This document shows, in pieces, positions 28,260 to 38,400 of a stretch of 64,000 bases of DNA. The translations under genes were made by a program, and so were the position numbers. The notes under the pieces were generated by a model. The model was not told the DNA's origin. It did not search any database and worked only from the letters and a program-made list of their open reading frames with translations. Source of the stretch: an uncultured Candidatus Poseidoniales archaeon (GTDB lineage: Archaea; Thermoplasmatota; Poseidoniia; Poseidoniales; CAYMED01); the NCBI GenBank assembly GCA_964389655.1, contig CAYMED010000006.1, forward strand, positions 29,896 through 93,895, in the 5' to 3' direction. Numbering within the stretch: the first letter of the stretch is position 1; each line of letters opens with the position of its first letter.

Positions 28260-30410
28260 TCAAAAGCCAACGCCACTAGGTATGAGCGCCATTGGGCCAA
28301 TGACAATTATTGCAAATATGAGATGGCCAATGATCGATCCGCCATTTAGCAGGGGGAGACCTGGTTGTGGACGACCCATTGCAACTGAAACCATGAGAAA
28401 AGAATAGCCAATTAAGCCACCAATGAGTGTTCCAATTGCAACCCACATGCCGGCACTTAAGCCGGCAGTGGGATCACTTGATATCCAAGTAAGGGATGAA
28501 ATCACCAACATCCCTGGAAATATAACATCACCCAACCCCATGAAAAGGGCATCTCGGTTTGAAGAAGAAGTGGATTCGGCTTGGTCAGTAGTGGGCTCAG
28601 TCCCTGCACGTTCTCTTAGATCTGAAGGGGATTTTGCATCACGGAAGGAATATCCTTTCTCTTGTGGAGATACCAATAATATAGGCAATTTGAGATCAAT
28701 CATCGTGTCTGCAAGTTCAAGCATGTGTTTTGAACGGTGTACTGCCCAAAAATCATACACTGCTGCTAAAATCATAAACAATATTACCAACCATGGAACA
28801 AAACTTACTCCAAGAATTGTCACAACTCCTGAACCGACAAGAATACCAACTGTATTCACAACCCACCACTCTGGATAAAATATCAATGCCACCATCAAAC
28901 TAACACATATGCCAAGTGCAATGATGTCCACAAGATAAACGCCCGCATCCCAAAGGAGAAAGACGGGTTTTTCAGTAGGAAGGTGAAGGCTTGCTGAGGT
29001 CCAATTCCCATTGAATACCAAAAACACATCTGAATCGTAAAGGCCCTCCTCTGACCACAATTCGTTAACATCATGACGCAATGAAAGTTGAGATTGATGT
29101 GAAGCGCCAAAATCATGCTTTAATGTCAAATGTTCTGTGAAAGAAGTACCTGAAAGCATTCGAAGGTGGGTCGAATCGGTCACGAAAAGATCATTCCATC
29201 CACCCTGATTCCAATCGGCAAGTTTGAGCCCTAGAATCGGTGCATCAAATTCGTTTTTCACATTGAGGAGAGGTTTTTCTCCAAGAGAAAAATTTGAAAA
29301 TACTTCAAAGCCAGTGACTGAGCCAGTACTATCTCCAAGAACAAGAATATTCGTCCCATCATCATCCACATGTGAGGACATTTCAGTGGTGGGTGAACGG
29401 CCAAATTCAATTGCAGTAAGAGAAATTGATTCACTCATATTTAATTGCCAATTTGTCTCAAATGGGACTCCACGTGACGCACCTTGGGGTCCAACCCCAC
29501 AACGTGCACTCCACTGATCTGCAGGTGGGAGGTCAACAAGTGCTACCGATCCCGAATCTGCAATCATGAGATCTCCATTGTTTAAGAGTACTGCAGAAAC
29601 CCAGGGTGCTCGCGTTGCCACACTTGATGGAAGACTACAAACAGTGTCTCCGTGTTCGTATTTTGGATCGAGCAGGGATATGCGCCGATGGTCAATTAAC
29701 ACGACTTGGCCTTCAAGTTCTAACGCATAATCGCAAGAAAATCGGCTTAGATCCCTGTCATCTCGATCTGCGTGCCCTTCAGATCGCAAAGTTCCATTCT
29801 TTGCGTCAAGGATAGCCCAAGCATCTTCAGTACAGACTCCAATATAGCCATCACCCTGTGCGAGTAGTGGGGGTGCTTCGGGAGTCAAATTTGAAAGATT
29901 GTATGACCAGATAGTCTCTTTCTCTACCCCAATTGATGTTTTTGTTGGATTTCTTACTGCCTCAAGAGTGCTCCCATTCCACAACAACATACCACTTCCA
30001 TCGATTAAATCATCAAGGTATAGGTCTCCCTTGACTGGTTCATCAAAAGAGGGAGGATCTGTTGAATCTGATATCAAGAGAAAGGTGATTGGAGCAACTG
30101 AAGTCAGGAGAGCAAAGAAAAGAATGCCAAAAATCCCCCAGCGAATGATCCATTTGTGCCCTTTTTTAGCTAGCCAAATGATGAGCGCCGTAAATGCAAA
30201 AATAAGGAGTAATTCAAACCCAATCCACCTCACTTGTGAGGCGCCTTCTGTGCCAAATGCTCGGCTACTCTCGTTGTTGTGATATGGCTGTATCCAAATA
30301 CCTAGTAGTATTGTTATGACAAACATGGTTGCCATACCAGCCATTGACACCCATTGTTCGCGTAGTAAAGCAAGCCGGTTGAGCGGGCCTCCTTCGGTTT
30401 GATTCTCGCT
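28260..30410 (-). CDS. Presenilin-family (A22/PSH) intramembrane aspartyl protease with large extracellular insertion
   Basis: AVYDFWAV (YD), MGLGDVIFP (GxGD), QPGLPLL (PAL-like); probable GTG start at 30410. Confidence 0.9.
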   Translation of the reverse strand, partial: SENQTEGGPLNRLALLREQWVSMAGMATMFVITILLGIWIQPYHNNESSRAFGTEGASQVRWIGFELLLIFAFTALIIWLAKKGHKWIIRWGIFGILFFALLTSVAPITFLLISDSTDPPSFDEPVKGDLYLDDLIDGSGMLLWNGSTLEAVRNPTKTSIGVEKETIWSYNLSNLTPEAPPLLAQGDGYIGVCTEDAWAILDAKNGTLRSEGHADRDDRDLSRFSCDYALELEGQVVLIDHRRISLLDPKYEHGDTVCSLPSSVATRAPWVSAVLLNNGDLMIADSGSVALVDLPPADQWSARCGVGPQGASRGVPFETNWQLNMSESISLTAIEFGRSPTTEMSSHVDDDGTNILVLGDSTGSVTGFEVFSNFSLGEKPLLNVKNEFDAPILGLKLADWNQGGWNDLFVTDSTHLRMLSGTSFTEHLTLKHDFGASHQSQLSLRHDVNELWSEEGLYDSDVFLVFNGNWTSASLHLPTEKPVFLLWDAGVYLVDIIALGICVSLMVALIFYPEWWVVNTVGILVGSGVVTILGVSFVPWLVILFMILAAVYDFWAVHRSKHMLELADTMIDLKLPILLVSPQEKGYSFRDAKSPSDLRERAGTEPTTDQAESTSSSNRDALFMGLGDVIFPGMLVISSLTWISSDPTAGLSAGMWVAIGTLIGGLIGYSFLMVSVAMGRPQPGLPLLNGGSIIGHLIFAIIVIGPMALIPSGVGF

Positions 30411-30498
30411 CACAGAACTGCACGGTGGACACTTCCCCTTTGAGACCTCGCCTGACAAACAAGGCGAGGTGTTGAAGCGAACATGCTCATGCCAGCCC

Positions 30499-31749
30499 GT
30501 GAGCATTCGTGAGTGGCTCGAGTCACTGAAGGCGAAGGGAATGCGAAATAATCTAGACGCTGTAGAAAAAATCTACAGTGCTTTGGGAAGTCCGAGCAAA
30601 TCATTGCCATCAATTCTTGTTATTGGAAGCAATGGAAAAGGTACTACTGCCGCCCTCATCGCTGCGGGACTTGAAATGGCGGGGATATCCTCAGGTCTTT
30701 ACACATCACCACACCTAATTCATGTTGAAGAAAGAATACACATCAATGGCTATCAAATCAATTATAGTAAATTTGATTGGGCATTAGAGAAAATCAGAGA
30801 AACCGTAGAAAAGGAAAAACTCGGAAAACCCACCTACTTTGAGGCAACATATCTTGCTGCAATGTTGCTCTTTAAGCACGAAAAAATAGCAAGTTTTGTT
30901 ACTGAAGCCGGACTTGGGGGACGGTTAGATGCCACTCGGTTGAGTGACCCAAGAACTTCTGTTCTAACCAGCCTTTCACTTGAGCATACACAGATACTAG
31001 GTTCATCGCTAGAAGAAATTGCTCATGAAAAAATTTCTGCAGTGCCTAGCAAATCTGCACTAATTTATTTTGAAGAATATGGTACTATGAATGCGATAAG
31101 AAGTGCTGGGCAGAGAGGAGTCACATTGGTTCCCGCACAGAAAATCATTAGTCAATATTGTCAAAATCAAATTAAGGGGATTGCTGCTGATTTAGCATAT
31201 TCTGCACTCTGCATCGATTATCCTGAGATCGAATGGAAGAGTTACATAATGGATGCTGTTAAGCGACTCTATTGGCCAGCACGACTAGAAAAAAGAGAGT
31301 TAATTGCTAATAATGGAGCTGCTTGTCCATGGTGGATCGACGCTGCGCATAATCCTGCGGGAATGAAGATGGCAGCAGCATGGATTCATGATTCCACATT
31401 CAAACGGAGATGCTTCATCATCGGGTCTTCTTTGCGCAATGATATACATGAACATCTCAAACCAATTTCAGAATGTTTTTGTGACAAGGACATAGTCATC
31501 ATAGTTGAGCCAAAGAGCGGAAGAAATGCACCGACCTCGATAAAAGATATCAAAGATATATTCACCCAACAATGTAAAGGCAGAGAAATTAATTATGTCA
31601 GTGCAAAATGTCCAAATGATGCACTTGAAATCGCAAAGAAATTGATTGAAAAAGCGGAAATTGATCTTGTTGCCAGTTTGGGAAGCCTATACTTGCAGGG
31701 CGACCTTCTAGCTGCTGCTAAAATCAAGATCGAAGGCCGGCTTTGGTGA
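30499..31749 (+). CDS. folC: Folylpolyglutamate synthase/dihydrofolate synthase
   Basis: GSNGKGTT, YTSPHL...ERI, TYFE, EAGLGGRLDAT, LEH..ILG, EK, WPARLE, DAAHN, GSLYL. Confidence 0.92.
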   Translation: MSIREWLESLKAKGMRNNLDAVEKIYSALGSPSKSLPSILVIGSNGKGTTAALIAAGLEMAGISSGLYTSPHLIHVEERIHINGYQINYSKFDWALEKIRETVEKEKLGKPTYFEATYLAAMLLFKHEKIASFVTEAGLGGRLDATRLSDPRTSVLTSLSLEHTQILGSSLEEIAHEKISAVPSKSALIYFEEYGTMNAIRSAGQRGVTLVPAQKIISQYCQNQIKGIAADLAYSALCIDYPEIEWKSYIMDAVKRLYWPARLEKRELIANNGAACPWWIDAAHNPAGMKMAAAWIHDSTFKRRCFIIGSSLRNDIHEHLKPISECFCDKDIVIIVEPKSGRNAPTSIKDIKDIFTQQCKGREINYVSAKCPNDALEIAKKLIEKAEIDLVASLGSLYLQGDLLAAAKIKIEGRLW

Positions 31750-31789
31750 AGCCGGCAAACCTATGCACTCTCCTTGGGCTTCAAGGTAC

Positions 31790-32509
31790 ATGTCAAATCA
31801 TGGCGACGGGCCAACGCGATACAGCCTCCTTTCAGATCGTGCAATAAATCACCGAATTAAACAGGGATCCATCGTCATAGAGCCATATCATTCAGCACAA
31901 CTCGGCACCGCATCATATGATGTTACTTTAGGGCCCCATTACTTCCGAGAACAACAACCGGAAGTAGGACAAGGAGTGTATAACCCCTATGATGAAAAGA
32001 TGGTTCGGCGCGTTTGGGGCGAGTCACGTATAGCGCAGTCTGCTTCTGAATGGATGGAAAGTAACACAAAAAAACTCAACGGCATATTTCAAAATGATCT
32101 AATTATATGGGTCGAACCTGGTGAAACGATCCTAGGTCACACGATGGAATTTCTTGGGGGAAGAGATACTGTAAATACAATGATGAAAGCAAGGTCATCA
32201 ATGGGTCGTAATTTTATTGAAACCTGCAAATGTGCTGGATGGGGAGATATTGGATATGTCAATAGATGGACAATGGAAATTACAAACAATAGTAGACACT
32301 ATTCCATCCCTCTCATTGTAGGGAGGAGAATTGCGCAGATTGTTTTTTTTGAAACTGATGGTCCTACAAAAGGGAGGTCTTATGCAGATGAAGGAAAATA
32401 TCAAGTTACACCAAATGTAGAGGAATTGAAATCTGCATGGGTACCTGAATCCATGCTACCAAAAATGTACCTTGACCGGGAAGTTCAAGATATGAAAAGC
32501 AATTCCTAA
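31790..32509 (+). CDS. dcd: dCTP deaminase
   Basis: LLSD..I, ASYDVTLG, PGETILGHT.E, ARSSMGR, GWGDIGY, MEITN, RIAQIVF, GKYQ. Confidence 0.9.
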   Translation: MSNHGDGPTRYSLLSDRAINHRIKQGSIVIEPYHSAQLGTASYDVTLGPHYFREQQPEVGQGVYNPYDEKMVRRVWGESRIAQSASEWMESNTKKLNGIFQNDLIIWVEPGETILGHTMEFLGGRDTVNTMMKARSSMGRNFIETCKCAGWGDIGYVNRWTMEITNNSRHYSIPLIVGRRIAQIVFFETDGPTKGRSYADEGKYQVTPNVEELKSAWVPESMLPKMYLDREVQDMKSNS

Positions 32510-35487
32510 GACCAGTATCGCCTTGTTCTAGCATATTCAAGTTCTGCACGGTGAATTGCTTCAAGCAAGGACCGTTCATCAGAACCTTCAATCGATCGCA
32601 AAACACGCTGAGCTGTTGTTTCACCAATGCCTCTTCCCATCATTGTTAGAATTGCAATTCGGCCATGTCGTTTGACCAGTTCTGCATTGCGGGTCATGCG
32701 GTCACTATGTTCTGGATCATTCAGCCATTTTTTGAGCATGTCACAGAGATTTTCACGAACAGATACAAGCATTTTCCCTTTGCACCCGTTACAAGAAAGA
32801 GGACCACCCTCAATTTTTGCCACTCGTTGACTGCGAACTCTTTCGCAATTCATGCAAATCATTACTGCACGCTCATTCTCCAAACGACTACGTAATTGAC
32901 TGATGACTTCATCATTGGTAAATTCAGGGAGGCGAAGCCCTTTACGATTTTTTGTTGAAAAGCCCAATGGGCCGGCTGGTGTTTTGAATACGCGTATTTT
33001 CCCTGATTGAATATCTAGGAGAATTTGCTCAGCAGTGATCAAATCAAGACGTTCGTGAATCACTTTATTCATGGATTCTTTCCATAACGGGGTACCACGC
33101 ATCGCTCGCATCATTCCCCCAATCTCTATGCGCCGAGGGTCTTTTACTGTACGAAGGTGACCAAATCCCCGCGCTACTTGCACAAAGCGATGTCTCATTG
33201 CACGGCTATTGGGCAATACTGTTTCCAAAATAGGCCTTAGCGCGCTTGGAGGAATTGTATTCAACCATCCCTCGACGTCAGAGGTCGAACAGCCGGGGAC
33301 ATCTAGGTTAATTCTGACGGCATCACTAGACATTGATCCCATGCGTCCCTCACGCGTTGAAGCCATAGCTTGAAGGGCAAGGCCAAGAGTCTCATTAGCC
33401 CCATTACCAGCACAACAAAGTATGGATAATCCACTTTTTCGCCTCTCAATTGTTATTGTGCGGTCATCAGGGATGATTCCTCCTGTCAAATCTGCGTGCT
33501 CAGCGATCCGGGAAAGGATCACCCCTCGTGCTGAAGCATCAATTGGAAGGTCTTTCCAATATCTCATGGCCAGTTGGGAATTTAAATTCGATTCATCTTG
33601 AATTCCAATTTCGATTCCTGCAGCCCTCCTAATGGCTCCAATCTCAAAAGCCACCTCTGCTGGAACAAGGGGGACTTCGCCTGACCAAACTGGCGCGTCT
33701 GCAAAACTTGTTCCGGGACTGACAACTAATTCACCTTCCTCAAGGTCAGCATCAATCACGGACCACACTCGACCTGCCATGACAAATGCGCGTGAATCTG
33801 GGTCTGATTCATCTGGAAGGCTAAGAACAAATGATTCATCTACAACCCCAAGAATGCGGCGGCTGACGACATCTCGAACTCGAACACGACGCTCATTATG
33901 GATCATTGAAAGAGAATGGATCGCTGTTCTCCACCCCCTCCCCGTAGCCTTAAACCAACCATTTTTCCAGCGAGGGGGGATTGCGCTATTTTCCATCAAT
34001 TGTTCATCTGATTGGTTCAGATCTTTAGAAATCCATGGCCAATTAGATCGGTCTGCTGCCATTGGATCAGGAAATACATCTACCAACCATCGTTCCTGCA
34101 TTTGCTTAAGAATCTCGATAAGGTATCCACGATCTAAATATTCAAATTGCCCACTAGATCGTAAAAGAGAAACCATGCGCGGAAGAGGTACAGCACCCTC
34201 TGAACGTGAAACAAGTAAACATTGATTCAGAATTACAAGAGTGGGATTGGGACGTGGTGAGACTGGGTCGAGGTCCCCACACATTGCTCGACGAGAAATC
34301 ACTGATGATTCTAAGAGGTCATCAAAATCCCAGCAATAAATTGAACCAATTGCTGTTCCATTCACACAGTGATTAGACCTCCCAATGCGCTGGACTAGGC
34401 GACTAGCAGTTTTGGGTGAACGGAGTTGAACCACAGAACCAATTGTTCCGACATCCAAGCCGAGTTCAAGTGAACTTGTACAGATCAGCGCATCTATTTC
34501 CCCATTCCGCAAGCGGTTTTCAGCATCTTCTCTAGTTTCATATGCCAAACTACCATGGTGAACATCAACTGTGTGATTAAGCGATATTTTATCCAACCTC
34601 TGGCCTACTGTTTCTGCTTCTGACCGAGAGGTACAAAATACAAGAGACGGGCCATGATTCGAAATATGTTCTGAAAGTGCGAATAAAGCAGCAGTTGCTT
34701 CCTTTGATGTTCGAAGTTCATGAGAAGACACTTCAGCCATCTCTGACGCTTCAATCCAACGAGTGGAGATTTGAATTGGGCGGGGTTTGGGGTCAATCCA
34801 TACTTTGGCACCATTAGCTACCCAATTTGCAAGTTCTTTCGGATTTCCAACTGTTGCAGAAAGACCAATTCGTTGTAGAGAATGACCTGCTAAATCTTCT
34901 AAACGAGAAAGGGCAACAGATAGTTGTGATCCTCGCTCTGAAGATGCAATTTCATGTACCTCATCCAAAATCACTGCTTGTACTTTGGATATCATCGCAC
35001 GAACCTTGGGGCCAAGGAAAAGTGCCTGCAATGTCTCAGGAGTTGTTACTAGAAGGTCAGGGGGATTTTTTGTTTGGCGTTGCCTTTGATAGGGAGATGT
35101 ATCCCCATGACGGACTGATGTGCTAATATCCAGCACTTTGGCCATTTTGTCTAAGCGAAAACCTAAATCGCGGTTGAGAGACCTTAGGGGAGTAATATGG
35201 ATAATTGAGCACGGCGCCCAATTATGGTCCATACGGCGCTGTAAAAGTGGTAACAATGCTGCTTCAGTCTTACCAGAACCCGTTGGAGCAATCAGTAAGG
35301 CATCATCACCATGAATTATTGATTTCATGGATATTTGCTGGATGCCTGTTGGTTTCCAATCCGAAACAATGGGGGAAAAGGCAGCATTTAACTGCTTGAA
35401 AGAGTCGATGATACGACCTCTGCAGGATTTACTGATAAGATTCTGTGACTTCTTCTTCGCTATCCTCATCAAAGAAATCTTCTTCAT
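32506..35487 (-). CDS. lhr: Lhr-family SF2 DEAD/H helicase with C-terminal Cys4 zinc ribbon
   Basis: APTGSGKT, TPETL, DEVH, SAT, HHGSL, CTSSLELGLDVG, QRIGRS; CMNC..CNGC; start codon uncertain (35487, 35469 or ATC 35409). Confidence 0.92.
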   Translation of the reverse strand: MKKISLMRIAKKKSQNLISKSCRGRIIDSFKQLNAAFSPIVSDWKPTGIQQISMKSIIHGDDALLIAPTGSGKTEAALLPLLQRRMDHNWAPCSIIHITPLRSLNRDLGFRLDKMAKVLDISTSVRHGDTSPYQRQRQTKNPPDLLVTTPETLQALFLGPKVRAMISKVQAVILDEVHEIASSERGSQLSVALSRLEDLAGHSLQRIGLSATVGNPKELANWVANGAKVWIDPKPRPIQISTRWIEASEMAEVSSHELRTSKEATAALFALSEHISNHGPSLVFCTSRSEAETVGQRLDKISLNHTVDVHHGSLAYETREDAENRLRNGEIDALICTSSLELGLDVGTIGSVVQLRSPKTASRLVQRIGRSNHCVNGTAIGSIYCWDFDDLLESSVISRRAMCGDLDPVSPRPNPTLVILNQCLLVSRSEGAVPLPRMVSLLRSSGQFEYLDRGYLIEILKQMQERWLVDVFPDPMAADRSNWPWISKDLNQSDEQLMENSAIPPRWKNGWFKATGRGWRTAIHSLSMIHNERRVRVRDVVSRRILGVVDESFVLSLPDESDPDSRAFVMAGRVWSVIDADLEEGELVVSPGTSFADAPVWSGEVPLVPAEVAFEIGAIRRAAGIEIGIQDESNLNSQLAMRYWKDLPIDASARGVILSRIAEHADLTGGIIPDDRTITIERRKSGLSILCCAGNGANETLGLALQAMASTREGRMGSMSSDAVRINLDVPGCSTSDVEGWLNTIPPSALRPILETVLPNSRAMRHRFVQVARGFGHLRTVKDPRRIEIGGMMRAMRGTPLWKESMNKVIHERLDLITAEQILLDIQSGKIRVFKTPAGPLGFSTKNRKGLRLPEFTNDEVISQLRSRLENERAVMICMNCERVRSQRVAKIEGGPLSCNGCKGKMLVSVRENLCDMLKKWLNDPEHSDRMTRNAELVKRHGRIAILTMMGRGIGETTAQRVLRSIEGSDERSLLEAIHRAELEYARTRRYWS

Positions 35488-38400
35488 CGTGGTAATACCC
35501 TGTTAAATCATCAGGGGAAGTGCGGTTTGCGATAATGGCGACGAGGAAAAGGACAGAAATCATGCCTACAATGGCAAAAATCGGCAATGGACTTGAGCGG
35601 GCTGAGTCAACCCAACCAAATCCACGAGCATACGCAACATCAATTGTGACACAGCCACTATTGTCACCCACATCTTCATTGACTTCTGGAATGTCATTTT
35701 GGCTATCAATCAGAACAAATACCCGGTCATGCCCTTCTTTGGCATTCCAAGTTGCAGAAATTTCAATCACCTCACCACTATCTAAACCATTAACAATCGG
35801 TCTTGAAGAAAATCGTTCAGTTTCTGTACAAGTCATCCCTGAAGAAAAGTCAACTTGGAACGTTGAATTTGTTTGACCACCCCGGTTGGTCAGTGTCGCT
35901 CGCACTTCAATCTCACTTCCTTCAGAAACAACTGAATCTTCAATCCACAAATTCACCACAGCTAATTCCGCAGACCCTCCTTTTTCATCTGAGTCCATGC
36001 GAGTACCTAATTTAATCCAAGCAGGGTCATTATCCCCCGCTAACGAGAGGGGAAGGCGAATAGGATCTGCCTCTGTATTCTGTAAACTTGGAAAGGGGTT
36101 TCCTGCATGATCTGTTCCCGTCACCCATATGCCAATCGTATTTCCAGAATTAATTTTCTCAACCCCGCATTCTGTGAGGTCAATAGAACCTCCCCACTCT
36201 AATTCGTCATCAATCTGAGTAATAGACAAAGGAGATAATCCAGCACAAACCGGAAAAATTCCATCCCTCATAATCCAATGTACATTATGGCTTGCATCAA
36301 TCATTGGAGCATCTTCCCACCCCATGATGCGCACTGGGACCGCTGTGAGGTCTGAAGGATTACTCACATCTAATACTGGAGGTGGTTCAATGCGATGAGA
36401 AACTTGAGGGGGGGAACGATCAACTTCCAACCGTAAAGTCGTTGCAACAAGCCCACCCGTCATATCTTCACCATTTTTAGGAATTCCTGAAATTCTGCTG
36501 ATAAATGTACGAATGGGCGCCCCTGCTTGCGATTCAGATGCATCTAGCGGAACTTCAACTAGAAATGTTCCATCTAAATCAAGGCTTGAGTCAAGCCAAT
36601 TCTGTTCCCCATCAAAGATAGATACACGAATCCCTAAGCCAATAGGGGGGGCGATCGAAGTACCTTGGTAAAGAACGCGCCCTCGAAAGCGCAGACGATC
36701 ATCTGTGCGAATTCGGTCTCCATCTTTGACAGGACCTATTCGCGGAGTTGAGACGTCTTCGACTAAATGGTCAACTGCAGAAAAAACAAGGTCATTTTCA
36801 ACAGAAAATGTATGATCTTCCCAAATCATGACTCTAGGTTGTATTGAGCCCAACTCATGAATCGTAAGAGAAAGGTCTCCGAGATCCTCATCGGGCCAAT
36901 CCCATCCAAATTCAAAACGGAAATCAACAGTTATTAGAGGAAGGCCAGATTCATTCGTTGCAAGATTGATTGTGCTGCTTTGTAGTAAGCGTATCACTGA
37001 ACTTTCAGACCAAAACGTCTGGTTGACACCGCTAAAGGCAATTTGTTGCGCATCTCTTTCGGGGTCTGGACCTTCAAAATCAAATGTTAGGCCAATCTCC
37101 CTAAAGTCTCGCAATCCATTCGCATCTACTAAAGTAACCCGGACTGATTGTTCAATCCCTGAATGAAGGGCTTCGCCATCCACGTGAGGAAGCCATCCAT
37201 CTTTGGAGCATGTCAACATAGATATTTGATCTGGCACCATACACTCTAGCCATTCTAAGCCAAGGACCACGGTGGGGCTATCTTGTCGTGAACGATAAGT
37301 TACTAAGGGAGAATCAATGATGGGGTTTCCGGCCTGATCAGTACCAACAATGCGGTATACCACTCGTGCATTATTTGGGTTACGGGAATCATCAATTATA
37401 GTTTCAAAGACTTTCTTTTCCGCTGATGTTGAATTGACCATTGTCTTATTGATAAATTCATTCTCTTCAGAAATTCCATTGCGGTTGATGTCATGTACTG
37501 ACTCTACCCAGTACTCTAATTTCAGCTGATTTGGATCACCAACTGAATCTAAAATTACATGCTCTATCGTTTGGTCGGAACGTGCCTCAACGTAATCATT
37601 TTGACTAGGACTGGAATAAATCACACTCGGTGGTGTTGCATCGATAAGAAGTGTCCGGCTATGCTGGGGAGTTGGTGGCAAAATCCATCTTGGATCTTGT
37701 TCATTATAGGTCATCACACTAAGGTCAATTCCCCCCGGCACATCTTGTTTTGGCATTTCCACACTGATGAAGAATGAGCCACCATAATTTGAGCGGTCCC
37801 TCCAAGATGGATCTGCAATTCCATTTAGTGCAACTTGAACGTCATATACCGCATCTAATGGTGCATCATTGGTCCCATAAAAAGCAACGTCTCCTGCAAA
37901 ATGAATCGTTTCACCGGCCATGACCCATTCACCATCCAATACATTCTCTCGTTGTACAAGACCTGAATCATCGATTACTTTCACATCAGAGATTCCGTAT
38001 GAATGATTGACCGATAGGCTTGTGGGGCCAGAAGATAATTCTGCTGGGATACGACCAATAGAGTCTTCACACGCTACTGCAAATGCAATTCCGCTTTGCT
38101 GAGGAAAGGATTGTTTAACACGAAATGCCCAATGGATCTCAAGGATACCACCGATTTCTTCGGTTGAACTTTGATCGGGTACGACTTCTATCCAATCTTG
38201 CCCATCTTCATATTCAGTGAATGAACTTGGTGAAGACCATTTCAACTTAGGCGAGTCTGGAAGCGGATTGGCAATAAAACGAAGATCTGCTTCTACGATC
38301 CCACCCGTTGCATCCTCGCCAATCACATGTCGGCTTGTTACAATGTATGGTTGTTCTCTAGCGTGTAGAGTTTCGTTAGATGGTACATTGATGTCAAGGT

